Shown here: piece by piece, positions 9,504 to 16,906 of the stretch
Numbering within the stretch: the stretch's first letter is position 1
Layout: every line of letters starts with the position of its first letter
Virus record (IMG/VR): IMGVR_UViG_3300045988_114594
Location: 1 to 39,653 of that record
From: a virus
Direction: 5' to 3' (one strand)
DNA: 39,653 nt
Notes under the pieces: model-generated
Seen by the model: the letters and a program-made list of their open reading frames with translations, nothing else
Database searches by the model: none
What the model was told of the DNA's origin: nothing
Program-made: the position numbers and the translations under genes

Positions 9504-10015
9504 TGGGCCTGGGCCGCCGCATCTGGGGGACCCTCCATGAGCCCCGTGTCGTCACCGCCCTGATGGTGGCGACGTATGGGGTCGTGGCGGCCGCCATGGC
9601 CCTCATCCTCACCAGCCCGCACGTCCAGCCCTGGGACGTCACCCTAGGGTGTGTCGTCACCATCATCGGGTGCCTGCTGGGCGCCCCGTCCGCGTGGCTG
9701 GGCTGGTGGGGAGTCGAGGGGCCAGCGGCGGCCCTCACCGCCCTCGGCCTCCTCGCCGTCGCCGTCGAGGACACTCTGCGCGCGCTCACCACTGACCGGT
9801 GGCCGGGATGGCCGCTCCTCATCATCATCGCTCTCCTCCTCATGATCGCCCAGCGGATGGCCCGCACCTGGGGCCGCGCGTGGGAGCCCGGCCGCGAGCC
9901 GGACACCCCGCTCCGTCGGGCACAGATCGGCGTGACCGTCGCGAAAGCTCGCGAGGCTGACGCGGCGGCCCGCGCCGCAGAGAGAGGAGATACGGGATGC
10001 GAGCAGCCGACCTGA
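9503..10015 (+). CDS. Membrane protein (about 4 TM), lysis-cassette associated
   Basis: The ATG overlaps the upstream TGA. There are four long hydrophobic stretches and an Arg/Ala-rich tail. Confidence 0.55.
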   Translation: MGLGRRIWGTLHEPRVVTALMVATYGVVAAAMALILTSPHVQPWDVTLGCVVTIIGCLLGAPSAWLGWWGVEGPAAALTALGLLAVAVEDTLRALTTDRWPGWPLLIIIALLLMIAQRMARTWGRAWEPGREPDTPLRRAQIGVTVAKAREADAAARAAERGDTGCEQPT

Positions 10016-10260
10016 TCGCCGTCGTCATCACGAGCGGCCTCGCCGCTACCCTGGTCGGGCAGATCGGATCCGCTATCCGCGCTCTCTGGCACGCCCGTCA
10101 GGGGCGGGAGACGGAGGTGCAGGCCGCCCGTAGAGAGGCCGCCCAGTGGGAGATGGTCGCGCGTAGGACGCGCGCGATCGCCCTCGACCGTGGGGCGCCC
10201 CTGGGGGACCTGCCGCGCGGCCCTGGGGAGTCTCCGATCGGGGACCTCGCTGACGACTGA
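9997..10260 (+). CDS. Membrane-anchored coiled-coil protein, lysis-cassette associated
   Basis: A GGAGA RBS is present. The N-terminal TM segment is LIAVVITSGLAATLVGQIG, followed by a charged helix. This is the last + strand gene before the bidirectional terminator. Confidence 0.5.
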   Translation: MRAADLIAVVITSGLAATLVGQIGSAIRALWHARQGRETEVQAARREAAQWEMVARRTRAIALDRGAPLGDLPRGPGESPIGDLADD

Positions 10261-10278
10261 GAGGCCTCTATAGAGCCT

Positions 10279-10319
10279 AGGCGCCCCCGCTACCTACCCG
10301 GGTAGTGGGGGCGCCTTTC
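10279..10319. terminator. Bidirectional intrinsic terminator between convergent genes
   Basis: A 15-bp GC-rich stem (10280-10294 pairs with 10301-10315, one G-U) has a 6-nt loop and is followed by TTTCGTCTTC. Confidence 0.75.
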
Positions 10320-10326
10320 GTCTTCT

Positions 10327-10827
10327 CTAGGCGGCGTTGAAGTTGATGGGCTTCTTCCCCTTGCGGGCGCGGCGCTCGTTGATGAGGTCGCCGGTGGTCT
10401 TCTGCCACCACTTCTTCGGCTCTGGTGCGGCATCCTCGGCCGGCTCGGGCGTGGGTGCCTCGGCTTCCTTCGCGGCGTACTCCTGGCCTCGGGCGACGGC
10501 GACCTTGGCTCGCTTGACGAAGGCCAGTGCCTCACGGTGGCGCTTCGCGTTGATCTCGAAGACGTGCATATTGTCGGTGGTCTCGATGATGATGAACTTG
10601 GTGGCGTCGATCTTCTTCTTGATGGCGAGGGCGAAGATGCCGACGGCGGCGACGCGGGCGGCGGTGACTCGCTTGCTGGCTTCCTTCCCGTCTTCGACGG
10701 CGATGTCGACGACGTCGGTGGCTGGGATGTCTGGGGTGAGGAGGCCGGGGAGGCCGATGGTCCCGTTCGGGGCGACGTGGATGGTGCCGTCGTCGGTCTT
10801 GATGCAGGCGGCGTCGAGGAGTGACAT
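10327..10827 (-). CDS. Hypothetical protein; minus-strand moron between the lysis cassette and attP/int
   Basis: This 166-aa ORF has an AGAAAGG RBS and good GC3. It has one hydrophobic segment (VAAVGIFALAI) and a basic C-terminus. I do not recognise its family. Confidence 0.7.
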   Translation of the reverse strand: MSLLDAACIKTDDGTIHVAPNGTIGLPGLLTPDIPATDVVDIAVEDGKEASKRVTAARVAAVGIFALAIKKKIDATKFIIIETTDNMHVFEINAKRHREALAFVKRAKVAVARGQEYAAKEAEAPTPEPAEDAAPEPKKWWQKTTGDLINERRARKGKKPINFNAA

Positions 10828-10888
10828 GGCCGTGGCCTTTCTGGGGAGTTTTCGTTGTGGTTGCTGGGGTTGTGGGGTGTCTCCGCGA

Positions 10889-10910
10889 GATTGCTATCTG
10901 ATTGCTATCT
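10889..10910 (+). repeat. Tandem direct repeat GATTGCTATCT x2 (candidate integrase arm-type sites)
   Basis: Two perfect 11-mers lie back to back. Confidence 0.55.
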
Positions 10911-11070
10911 CGGGTGCCTCGTGACCACCATGGTGCCGCATGATTCTGGGGCTGTCAACCCCTCTCAAGCAGTTATCATGAAGAACTGATTCAAGGGGTA
11001 GGATGGGTTCGAGCGTGGTGCAAAACCGCGCCATTCCGCCAAAACCATCACACCCAACGTGTGCCCTCAT

Positions 11071-11121
11071 GGGCTATCCTGGGCTACACACTGCTATCCA
11101 AACTGCTATCCACTGCTACCC
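11071..11121 (+). repeat. Cluster of (G/C)TGCTATCC-like direct repeats (candidate integrase arm-type sites)
   Basis: The cluster reads GGGCTATCC, GGGCTACAC, ACTGCTATCCA (11089-11099), ACTGCTATCCA (11102-11112) and CTGCTACCC. It shares the TGCTATC core with 10889-10910. Confidence 0.55.
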
Positions 11122-11133
11122 GAGGAGGCCCCC

Positions 11134-12393
11134 ATGGCATACGGAGAAGGCAGCATCTACCAGCGCAAGGACGGGAAGTGGGTCGCCGCCCTCCCCGTCG
11201 GCTACACCCGCTCGGGTGGGCTCAAGAGAGCCACCCGGATCCGCAAGACCGAGGCCGAGGCCAAGCGCGCCCTGAGGCAGTTGCGCCGCGACCATGCCGC
11301 CGGGCAGACCCAGGGTGCGAGCCCGAGGACCACGCTCAAGGCGTGGTGCGACCAGTGGAAGGCTGCCGCCGCCGCGCGTCTGCGCCCCACGAGCCTCGAC
11401 GTCTCCTCCCGGATGATCGACCTCTGGATCGTCCCCACGATCGGCTCCAAGCGCCTCACCGACCTCAACCCAGCCGACCTGAGAACCCTCGATCGGGCGC
11501 ACGAGAAGGCCGGGTCCAGCCCGACAACGGCGCACAGGTGCCGCGCCATCCTCCTCAAGGTCCTCCGAGACGCCCGCACCGAGGGGCACACTGTGCCGCA
11601 GGTCGTCTTCGACGTCCCCCTCCCCAGGAAGGCCCCCAACCGCCGCCGGGCCATCCCCGCCGCCGACGCCGCCACCCTCCTCAAGACGGCGACCGAGCCC
11701 GACGCCTGGCCCACCCTCGACGTCGACGCCAGCAAGCGCGAGCGCAACGCGAGACGCCTCGCCGGCGAGCACGACGCCTCCCGGTGGGTGGCCGCCCTCC
11801 TCCAGGGCCTACGCCAGGGGGAGGCCCTGGGGCTCACCTGGGACCGCGTTGACCTCGCCGCCGGGACGCTCACCATCGACCGCCAGCTCCAGGCCATCCC
11901 CAAGCGGGCACGTGACGCTGGCCTGCCTGGCTGGTATGACGCCGTGCACCTGACCGGCTCCTATCACCTCGTGCCGACGAAGACGGCGGCCGGATCCCGC
12001 GTGCTGCCGATCGTGCCGTGGATGGCGGCCGCTCTCGCCGCCTGGCAGGACCGCTGCCCTGAGTCCCCCTATGGGCTGGTGTGGCCGCGCCCTGACGGCG
12101 GCCCGTGGTCTGCCAGCGACGATATGGAGGCGTGGCACGGCCTCCAGGATGCCGCTGGCATCCACAAGGCCGGCGGCGGCACCGCTGATGACCCGTGGGT
12201 CTACTTTGTGACTCACGAGGCCCGCCACTCGACGGCGACGCTCCTCATGGCCGCTGGCGTCCCCGCCGCCGTCATCATCGCCCTCATGGGGCACACGACC
12301 GTCACAACCACCATGGGCTACCAGCACGCCGACCTCGAGCAGGCTAGGGCGGCGCTCGAGGCTGTGGCTCCCCGCCTCGGCCTGACCGCCTGA
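11134..12393 (+). CDS. int: Tyrosine integrase
   Basis: A GAGGAGG RBS lies at 11122-11128. The N-terminus is MAYGEGSIYQRKDGKWVA (arm-binding type). The C-terminus carries the catalytic signature HEARHSTATLL...GHTTVTTTMGYQH. Confidence 0.9.
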   Translation: MAYGEGSIYQRKDGKWVAALPVGYTRSGGLKRATRIRKTEAEAKRALRQLRRDHAAGQTQGASPRTTLKAWCDQWKAAAAARLRPTSLDVSSRMIDLWIVPTIGSKRLTDLNPADLRTLDRAHEKAGSSPTTAHRCRAILLKVLRDARTEGHTVPQVVFDVPLPRKAPNRRRAIPAADAATLLKTATEPDAWPTLDVDASKRERNARRLAGEHDASRWVAALLQGLRQGEALGLTWDRVDLAAGTLTIDRQLQAIPKRARDAGLPGWYDAVHLTGSYHLVPTKTAAGSRVLPIVPWMAAALAAWQDRCPESPYGLVWPRPDGGPWSASDDMEAWHGLQDAAGIHKAGGGTADDPWVYFVTHEARHSTATLLMAAGVPAAVIIALMGHTTVTTTMGYQHADLEQARAALEAVAPRLGLTA

Positions 12394-12466
12394 CCAATAT
12401 CGTGACCGTGTCGAGACCGCACGACCGGCCGCCGCCACCGACAATCGTCGGTGAGGTCAGATGACT

Positions 12467-12499
12467 AGAGCCCCGCCCAGTGAATCTGGGTGGGGCTCT
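12467..12499. terminator. Bidirectional terminator between int and the repressor gene
   Basis: A 14-bp stem (AGAGCCCCGCCCAG / CTGGGTGGGGCTCT, one G-U) has a 5-nt loop and a T-rich tail. Confidence 0.7.
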
Positions 12500-12519
12500 T
12501 CGTCGTCTACGGGGCTCGG

Positions 12520-12801
12520 TCAGCAGGAGAACTGGGGGAACCGCTGCTCCTCGCGTAGGCGGTCCTCGGCGCGGGAGATGATCGTGGAGGCGCTGACTCC
12601 GAGGGCGTCAGCGAGCGCGCACAGGGGCTCGAAGGTGATGGGGCGCTCGGCCTGTAGGAGGCGGATGAGGGAGCGTTTGGGGATGCCTGAGGCGTCAGAG
12701 AGGCCGCTCACGGTCATGTGCCGCTCCTCGCGGAGCGTGCGGAGTTCGGCGGCCGCAGCGGCGTTGAGGCCGACCCCAGGATTCGTTGCTCGCGTGCTCA
12801 T
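12520..12801 (-). CDS. CI-like repressor (XRE-family HTH)
   Basis: The product is 93 aa with HTH MTVSGLSDASGIPKRSLIRLLQ. It is divergent from the cro-like gene and lies next to int. Only the last 93 codons of the 282-aa track ORF look coding. Confidence 0.8.
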   Translation of the reverse strand: MSTRATNPGVGLNAAAAAELRTLREERHMTVSGLSDASGIPKRSLIRLLQAERPITFEPLCALADALGVSASTIISRAEDRLREEQRFPQFSC

Positions 12802-12810
12802 GTCTCCACT

Positions 12811-12826
12811 GTGCCACATTGGGCAC
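12811..12826. promoter_or_regulatory. Degenerate operator (GTGCCACATTGGGCAC), 10 nt upstream of the repressor start
   Basis: It matches the GTGCCCA-NN-TGGGCAC palindrome at 13/16 positions. Confidence 0.5.
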
Positions 12827-12872
12827 CAAGATGACGGAACGGTAACGAAGTTCTGACGGGTTTCCCAGCGAC

Positions 12873-12915
12873 TTGCCAGGTGCCCAAATGGGCACCTAGG
12901 GTTGTCCACATGGAC
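12873..12915 (+). promoter_or_regulatory. Early rightward promoter with embedded operator; probably gives a leaderless cro-like transcript
   Basis: The -35 is TTGCCA (12873-78). An 18-nt spacer consists entirely of the palindrome GGTGCCCA-AA-TGGGCACC (12879-96). The -10 is TAGGGT (12897-902), and ATG 12910 lies 8 nt after it. A second palindrome, GTCCA-CA-TGGAC, is at 12904-15. Confidence 0.6.
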
Positions 12916-13131
12916 ACCAACCCGCCGCCCATCATCCGGGCGATCACCCACCAGATGGAGACCACAGGCACCAGCCTCCTCCAACTCAGCAAGGCCACAG
13001 ACATCCCCCGCTCCACCCTCCAACGCAGACTCCGAACCGGACGCGGCCTCCAACTCGACGAAATCAGCCGCATCGCCACCGCCCTCGGAACCACCCCAAC
13101 CCACCTCATCACCCAGGCAGAAGCCGCCTAA
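12910..13131 (+). CDS. Cro-like / antirepressor-side HTH regulator
   Basis: The product is 73 aa with HTH LLQLSKATDIPRSTLQRRL. The gene is divergent from the repressor. The start was chosen at ATG 12910, which has no RBS and sits adjacent to the promoter. Confidence 0.7.
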   Translation: MDTNPPPIIRAITHQMETTGTSLLQLSKATDIPRSTLQRRLRTGRGLQLDEISRIATALGTTPTHLITQAEAA

Positions 13132-13149
13132 CCCCCCAAGGAAACCCCC

Positions 13150-13458
13150 ATGTGCCACCCCACCACACAGCGCCCCATCAGCGAGGCCATGCCCCTCGTG
13201 AACGCCCTCATCGCCGAGGCCGAGCGCAACTGCATCGACATCCACAAGATCGAAGCCTTCGCCTACCTGAACAACCATTTCCGCATCGACATCGTCGCCT
13301 ACGACGGCGGAGCGCAGGCCCTCGCAGACCTCCTCGACCTCCGTCCAGACGTCGCCTTCACCTCCCAAGGGATGACCTTCCAGGGCGTCACCCGCACCGT
13401 CGGCCGCTGGACCGTCGAGTCCTACTACCCCCTCGACGTCGAGGAGGCCGCGGCATGA
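13150..13458 (+). CDS. Hypothetical protein
   Basis: This 102-aa ORF has an AAGGAAA RBS and an ATGA overlap with the next ORF. Confidence 0.55.
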   Translation: MCHPTTQRPISEAMPLVNALIAEAERNCIDIHKIEAFAYLNNHFRIDIVAYDGGAQALADLLDLRPDVAFTSQGMTFQGVTRTVGRWTVESYYPLDVEEAAA

Positions 13459-13619
13459 CCACCTACACGCTCGGAGCCGCCGCAGCCGCCACCATCCTCA
13501 CCGAGGCCGCCCTCACCACCACGCTCGGCCACCACACGGGCGTCCTCCTCCTCGCCATCACCCTCACCGCAGTACTCGCAGCCCACACCATCCGCACCGA
13601 AAAGGAGCCCCGCCGATGA
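13455..13619 (+). CDS. Small membrane protein (54 aa)
   Basis: ATGA overlaps occur at both ends. Two Ala/Thr/Leu-rich hydrophobic stretches are present. Confidence 0.4.
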   Translation: MTTYTLGAAAAATILTEAALTTTLGHHTGVLLLAITLTAVLAAHTIRTEKEPRR

Positions 13620-13804
13620 CCGTCGCCATCGCCTACAACCTCCAGCGCGCAAGCGAACTGACGGGCTTGTCTGTCGACTTCCTCCGCCGCGCCATCAAAG
13701 CAACCGACCCCGACCGCCACCTCCCCGCCCGCCTCGCCGGCAGCCGCTACGTCATCCTCGCCTCCGACCTGGAGGAATGGATGCGCAGCCGCCCCGAAGC
13801 CTAA
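13616..13804 (+). CDS. xis: Excisionase-family / MerR-like HTH DNA-binding protein
   Basis: The 62-aa product has the pattern LQRASELTGLSVDFLRRAIKA...AGSRYVILASDLEEWM, which is typical of excisionase-type HTH proteins. Confidence 0.65.
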   Translation: MTVAIAYNLQRASELTGLSVDFLRRAIKATDPDRHLPARLAGSRYVILASDLEEWMRSRPEA

Positions 13805-13831
13805 CCCTCGACTCCCCAGAAAGGACCCCTC

Positions 13832-14125
13832 GTGAAAACCCCTCTCACCATGCTCACGCCACTAGGGCGTGGCGAGTACGCCTTCCGCTGGCAGATGCTC
13901 GCCGCCGTCCCCGTCGTCCACCAGAAGTGCGAGGCCATCGCCGACCTGATGGACCTCCTCAGGACGCTCGGCATGGTCCTCGCCAGCGAGCCCCGCGCCA
14001 CCGTCAAGCACGGTGTCGCGCCCGTCCTCGCCCTGGAGTTCCGCGCCCGCTACGCCACCGACACCGAAGCCCAGCAACTCCAGCAGCCCCCACACCCCAC
14101 CCACAAGGAAGAGACCGCAGCATGA
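13832..14125 (+). CDS. Hypothetical protein
   Basis: The ORF starts with GTG after an AGAAAGGA RBS, encodes 97 aa, and has an ATGA overlap downstream. Confidence 0.5.
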   Translation: MKTPLTMLTPLGRGEYAFRWQMLAAVPVVHQKCEAIADLMDLLRTLGMVLASEPRATVKHGVAPVLALEFRARYATDTEAQQLQQPPHPTHKEETAA

Positions 14126-14457
14126 CCACCGCCAGCACCATCCACCCCCGCGAGCGCGGCAGCGTCCGCGCCAACGACCCTGTCACCAGCCAGTGGGCGG
14201 CCGACTCCATCACCGACACCTTCCCCAGTCAGGCCGAGGTGCTGAGTGCTATCCGCCGCTCCGGCCGCACCACCTTCACGCTCGCCGACGTCGAGCGGTT
14301 CACGCGTGGTGTCCTGTCCCCGTCCCGTGCGCGCACCGCTGTGCGGGAGCTTCAGGACAAGGGCCTCATCGAGGAGACCGGCAAGTACGCGATCACGGCC
14401 TCCGGCCGGCGTGCCCGCCTCCTCACCCTCACCAAGCAGGGGAGGGCCGCAGCATGA
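14122..14457 (+). CDS. Winged-helix (MarR-like) DNA-binding protein
   Basis: The 111-aa product has the wHTH-like segment AEVLSAIRRSG.TTFTLADVERF....SRARTAVRELQDKGLIE. Confidence 0.5.
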   Translation: MTTASTIHPRERGSVRANDPVTSQWAADSITDTFPSQAEVLSAIRRSGRTTFTLADVERFTRGVLSPSRARTAVRELQDKGLIEETGKYAITASGRRARLLTLTKQGRAAA

Positions 14458-14729
14458 CCCGCATCCTCCTGCCGGGGCGCCTGGTGCGGCACATCGCCGA
14501 CGTCGGAGACCCTGTCCGCTACCAGGGCGGCACCTGGTACCCGCTGGTCCGGCTCTGCGGCGGCAGCAAACGCCTCGCCGGAGGCGAGTTCATCACCCAG
14601 CACTGCGAGGACGTCGAGAGCGCGTGCCTCACTGGCCCTCTCGTCTGCCCGGCCTGCCTCGCCGCCCACCAGCCCGCCGACGTCGAGGACCCCACCATGG
14701 GGACCATCCCCCTCTTCGACCTGCCATGA
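14454..14729 (+). CDS. Hypothetical Cys-rich protein
   Basis: This 91-aa ORF is coupled by ATGA at both ends. Confidence 0.5.
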   Translation: MTRILLPGRLVRHIADVGDPVRYQGGTWYPLVRLCGGSKRLAGGEFITQHCEDVESACLTGPLVCPACLAAHQPADVEDPTMGTIPLFDLP

Positions 14730-15817
14730 CGCTCAAGCTCGGAGAAATCTGTGCGGGCTATGGCGGGCTCGGCCTCGGCCTCGGGCTCCTGGCCGACGTC
14801 GACACCAGGTGGGTCGCCGACGTCGACACCGGCCCATCCAGAATCCTCGCCCACCACTGGCCCGACTCCCCCAACCTGGGGGACATCACCCGCATCGACT
14901 GGGCAACCATCGAGCCCGTCGACGTCATCGCAGGGGGCACCCCCTGCCAGGACCTATCCAACGCCGGCCACCGCGCCGGAATGAGGCCAGGCACCCGCTC
15001 AGGAATCTGGGAGGCCATGGCCCACGCAATCAAGGAGATCGCCCCGAATGTCGTCGTCTGGGAGAACGTCAGCGGCGCCCGCTCAGCGGCCGCCTATAGC
15101 CGTCTGGAACCCGGTCCGGGATGTCTGGGAGGGGGGGCAGACCGACCTGTTCTCCGGGCTCTCGGACGTGTGGTCGGAGACCTGGCCGGCCTCGGGTATG
15201 ACGCGGCGTGGGAGTCTCTACGGGCTTCCGACGTCGGAGCCCCGCACCAGCGCGAGCGGGTCTTCGTCCTCGCGTGGCGTCACGACTCTGCCGACACCCT
15301 CCGCATCCTGCGCGACCGGCCCAGGAGAGCATGGGGACGGTGGAATGAACCTACAGACAGCCGTTGCGTCACTGCTGGCGTGACGCCCACGCCTCAACTT
15401 CTCCCGACACCTGTCGTGAATGACATGGGAGAGGGCTACGACCTTGAGGGTGGGAGCGTCTGGAGGAAGAAACTGAGGGAGCGTCACGGCAATAACGGGC
15501 ACGGCCGGCCCCTGAGTATCGAGGCGCGGCGCAGCAGCGGCCACTGGGCGCAGTATGCGCCAGCGATCCACCGGTGGGAGGAGGTGACGGGGCGTGAGGC
15601 ACCGCCGCCGACGGAGACCGGCCAGCGCGGCGGGGACGTCCTCTCCCCGGCGTTCGTCGAGTGGATGATGGGCCTCCCTGCCGGGCACGTCACGGACACG
15701 CCTGGGCTCTCACGGTCGCAGGCACTCAAGGCCCTGGGGAACGGAGTCGTCCCCCAGCAGGCAGCACATGCAGTCAACCACCTAGCAGAAACGGCACTCA
15801 AGCATGGATTCGTTTAG
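14726..15817 (+). CDS. DNA (cytosine-5) methyltransferase, orphan
   Basis: Motifs present: I ICAGYGGLGLG, IV GGTPCQDLSNAG, VI ENV, VIII GAPHQRERVFVLA, X GNGVVPQQA. No adjacent restriction endonuclease gene is visible. Confidence 0.9.
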   Translation: MTLKLGEICAGYGGLGLGLGLLADVDTRWVADVDTGPSRILAHHWPDSPNLGDITRIDWATIEPVDVIAGGTPCQDLSNAGHRAGMRPGTRSGIWEAMAHAIKEIAPNVVVWENVSGARSAAAYSRLEPGPGCLGGGADRPVLRALGRVVGDLAGLGYDAAWESLRASDVGAPHQRERVFVLAWRHDSADTLRILRDRPRRAWGRWNEPTDSRCVTAGVTPTPQLLPTPVVNDMGEGYDLEGGSVWRKKLRERHGNNGHGRPLSIEARRSSGHWAQYAPAIHRWEEVTGREAPPPTETGQRGGDVLSPAFVEWMMGLPAGHVTDTPGLSRSQALKALGNGVVPQQAAHAVNHLAETALKHGFV

Positions 15818-16265
15818 TTTCTTCGTCCCCGGTGAGCCGATCACCGAAGGCTCCACCAGGGCGTTCACCTCGGGTCAGCGCGTCGTCGTCACCCACGACC
15901 GGGGGGAGTCACTCACCGCGTGGCGTCTCGCCGTCAAGGAAGCGGCCCTGAAAGCGGCCCGAGAAGCCGGATGGGAGCCCCGCTACGACGGGCCCGTCCG
16001 CGTGACCGTCACCTTCTACCTGCCCCGTCCGAAGAGCGTCCCAGAGTCCCGCTACTGGCCGCACGTCAAGCCGGATTTGGACAAGCTCCTGCGCGCTATC
16101 GGGGACGCGCTGGCCCCGTACCGGCAGGTCGGGGTGCTTCGTGAGGACTCCCGGATCGTCGAGTGGACGGCCCGGAAGCTCTACGACCAGACGCCGGGCG
16201 CCTGGGTGCGCGTCACCCGCTGCGTCCCGCCGCGTGAACTGGATCCCGAGGAGGCGGCATCATGA
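15804..16265 (+). CDS. rusA: RusA-like Holliday junction resolvase
   Basis: The 153-aa product has a RusA-like pattern: FFVPGEP..., KPDLDKLLRAIGDAL, REDSRIVEW. Confidence 0.75.
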   Translation: MDSFSFFVPGEPITEGSTRAFTSGQRVVVTHDRGESLTAWRLAVKEAALKAAREAGWEPRYDGPVRVTVTFYLPRPKSVPESRYWPHVKPDLDKLLRAIGDALAPYRQVGVLREDSRIVEWTARKLYDQTPGAWVRVTRCVPPRELDPEEAAS

Positions 16266-16714
16266 TTGAGGTGATTCACGAGAGGTCCCCCCGGTCACGG
16301 GGCCATGTCAGGTGCGATGACTGTGGCCGCCGCATCCCCGAGGGCGAGCGGTACCGCCGGTCGACGGTAGTCGACGGCGGGGCGATCTGGGAGTGGCGGG
16401 AGTGCCAGCCATGCCAGGACGCGGCCAGCCATGTCGCGATGTGGCTTGGCCCCTACTACGACGACTCAGGCTACGGCTCTGAGGACTTCCACGAGTGGGC
16501 GCGAGAGACCACGGGGCACACGCCAGTCTACGGCTACCTGTTCATGCACGAGGACGCTGGCATGTGGCGTCACTACCTGAAGGACCTCGCTGACTCTACC
16601 GCCAAGTGCGCAGCCGACGACGCCGACCCCACGCGAGCGTGGGACGACGAGGCGTGGGCGGCCTTCACCTGGCGCATGCAAACCAGCCCCGTATTTAATG
16701 CTAGGAGGAAATGA
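16262..16714 (+). CDS. Hypothetical protein with an N-terminal CxxC...CxxC zinc-ribbon-like motif
   Basis: This 150-aa ORF is ATGA-coupled. The motif is CDDCGRR...CQPCQ. Confidence 0.55.
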   Translation: MIEVIHERSPRSRGHVRCDDCGRRIPEGERYRRSTVVDGGAIWEWRECQPCQDAASHVAMWLGPYYDDSGYGSEDFHEWARETTGHTPVYGYLFMHEDAGMWRHYLKDLADSTAKCAADDADPTRAWDDEAWAAFTWRMQTSPVFNARRK

Positions 16715-16717
16715 CTG

Positions 16718-16906
16718 ATGATCGAGATGATCGCCCGTATCCGCTTCGAGTCTGATGAGATCGAACGTGAGGACCTGCTGGCGTTCGCGGCGCTGGTGCG
16801 AGCACATGAGGACGCCGTGATCTGCCTGGACTACAAGGAGAGCAGCCTGTCCACTGGGGCTTTGTCCGCTTACTGGGAGGTGACCGGCGATGACTCGCAG
16901 CAGTGA
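16718..16906 (+). CDS. Hypothetical protein
   Basis: This 62-aa ORF has an AGGAGGA RBS. Confidence 0.5.
   Translation: MIEMIARIRFESDEIEREDLLAFAALVRAHEDAVICLDYKESSLSTGALSAYWEVTGDDSQQ

Larger units (their letters stand above)
10828..11133. other. Candidate attP region (core not identified)
   Basis: This is a 306-bp non-coding gap directly upstream of int. It is flanked by clusters of TGCTATC-type direct repeats and has an AT-richer centre around 10960-11000. Confidence 0.5.

Noticed and set aside
10996-11020. A GGATGGGTTCGAGCG segment in the attP region that resembles a tRNA T-loop.
   Set aside because: The flanking bases cannot form a T-stem or an acceptor stem, so there is no support for a tRNA-derived core here.
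11059-11133. An extended integrase start at 11059.
   Set aside because: The extension has no RBS and runs through the TGCTATC repeat cluster. ATG 11134 has a GAGGAGG RBS and gives the canonical integrase N-terminus (MAYGEGSIYQRKDGKW).
12802-13368. The upstream 189 codons of the 282-aa minus-strand ORF 12520-13368.
   Set aside because: The translation is Gly/Val/Asp-rich and antisense to the cro-like gene and the 13150 gene. The promoter/operator region lies inside it. Only the last 93 codons (the HTH repressor) are credible.
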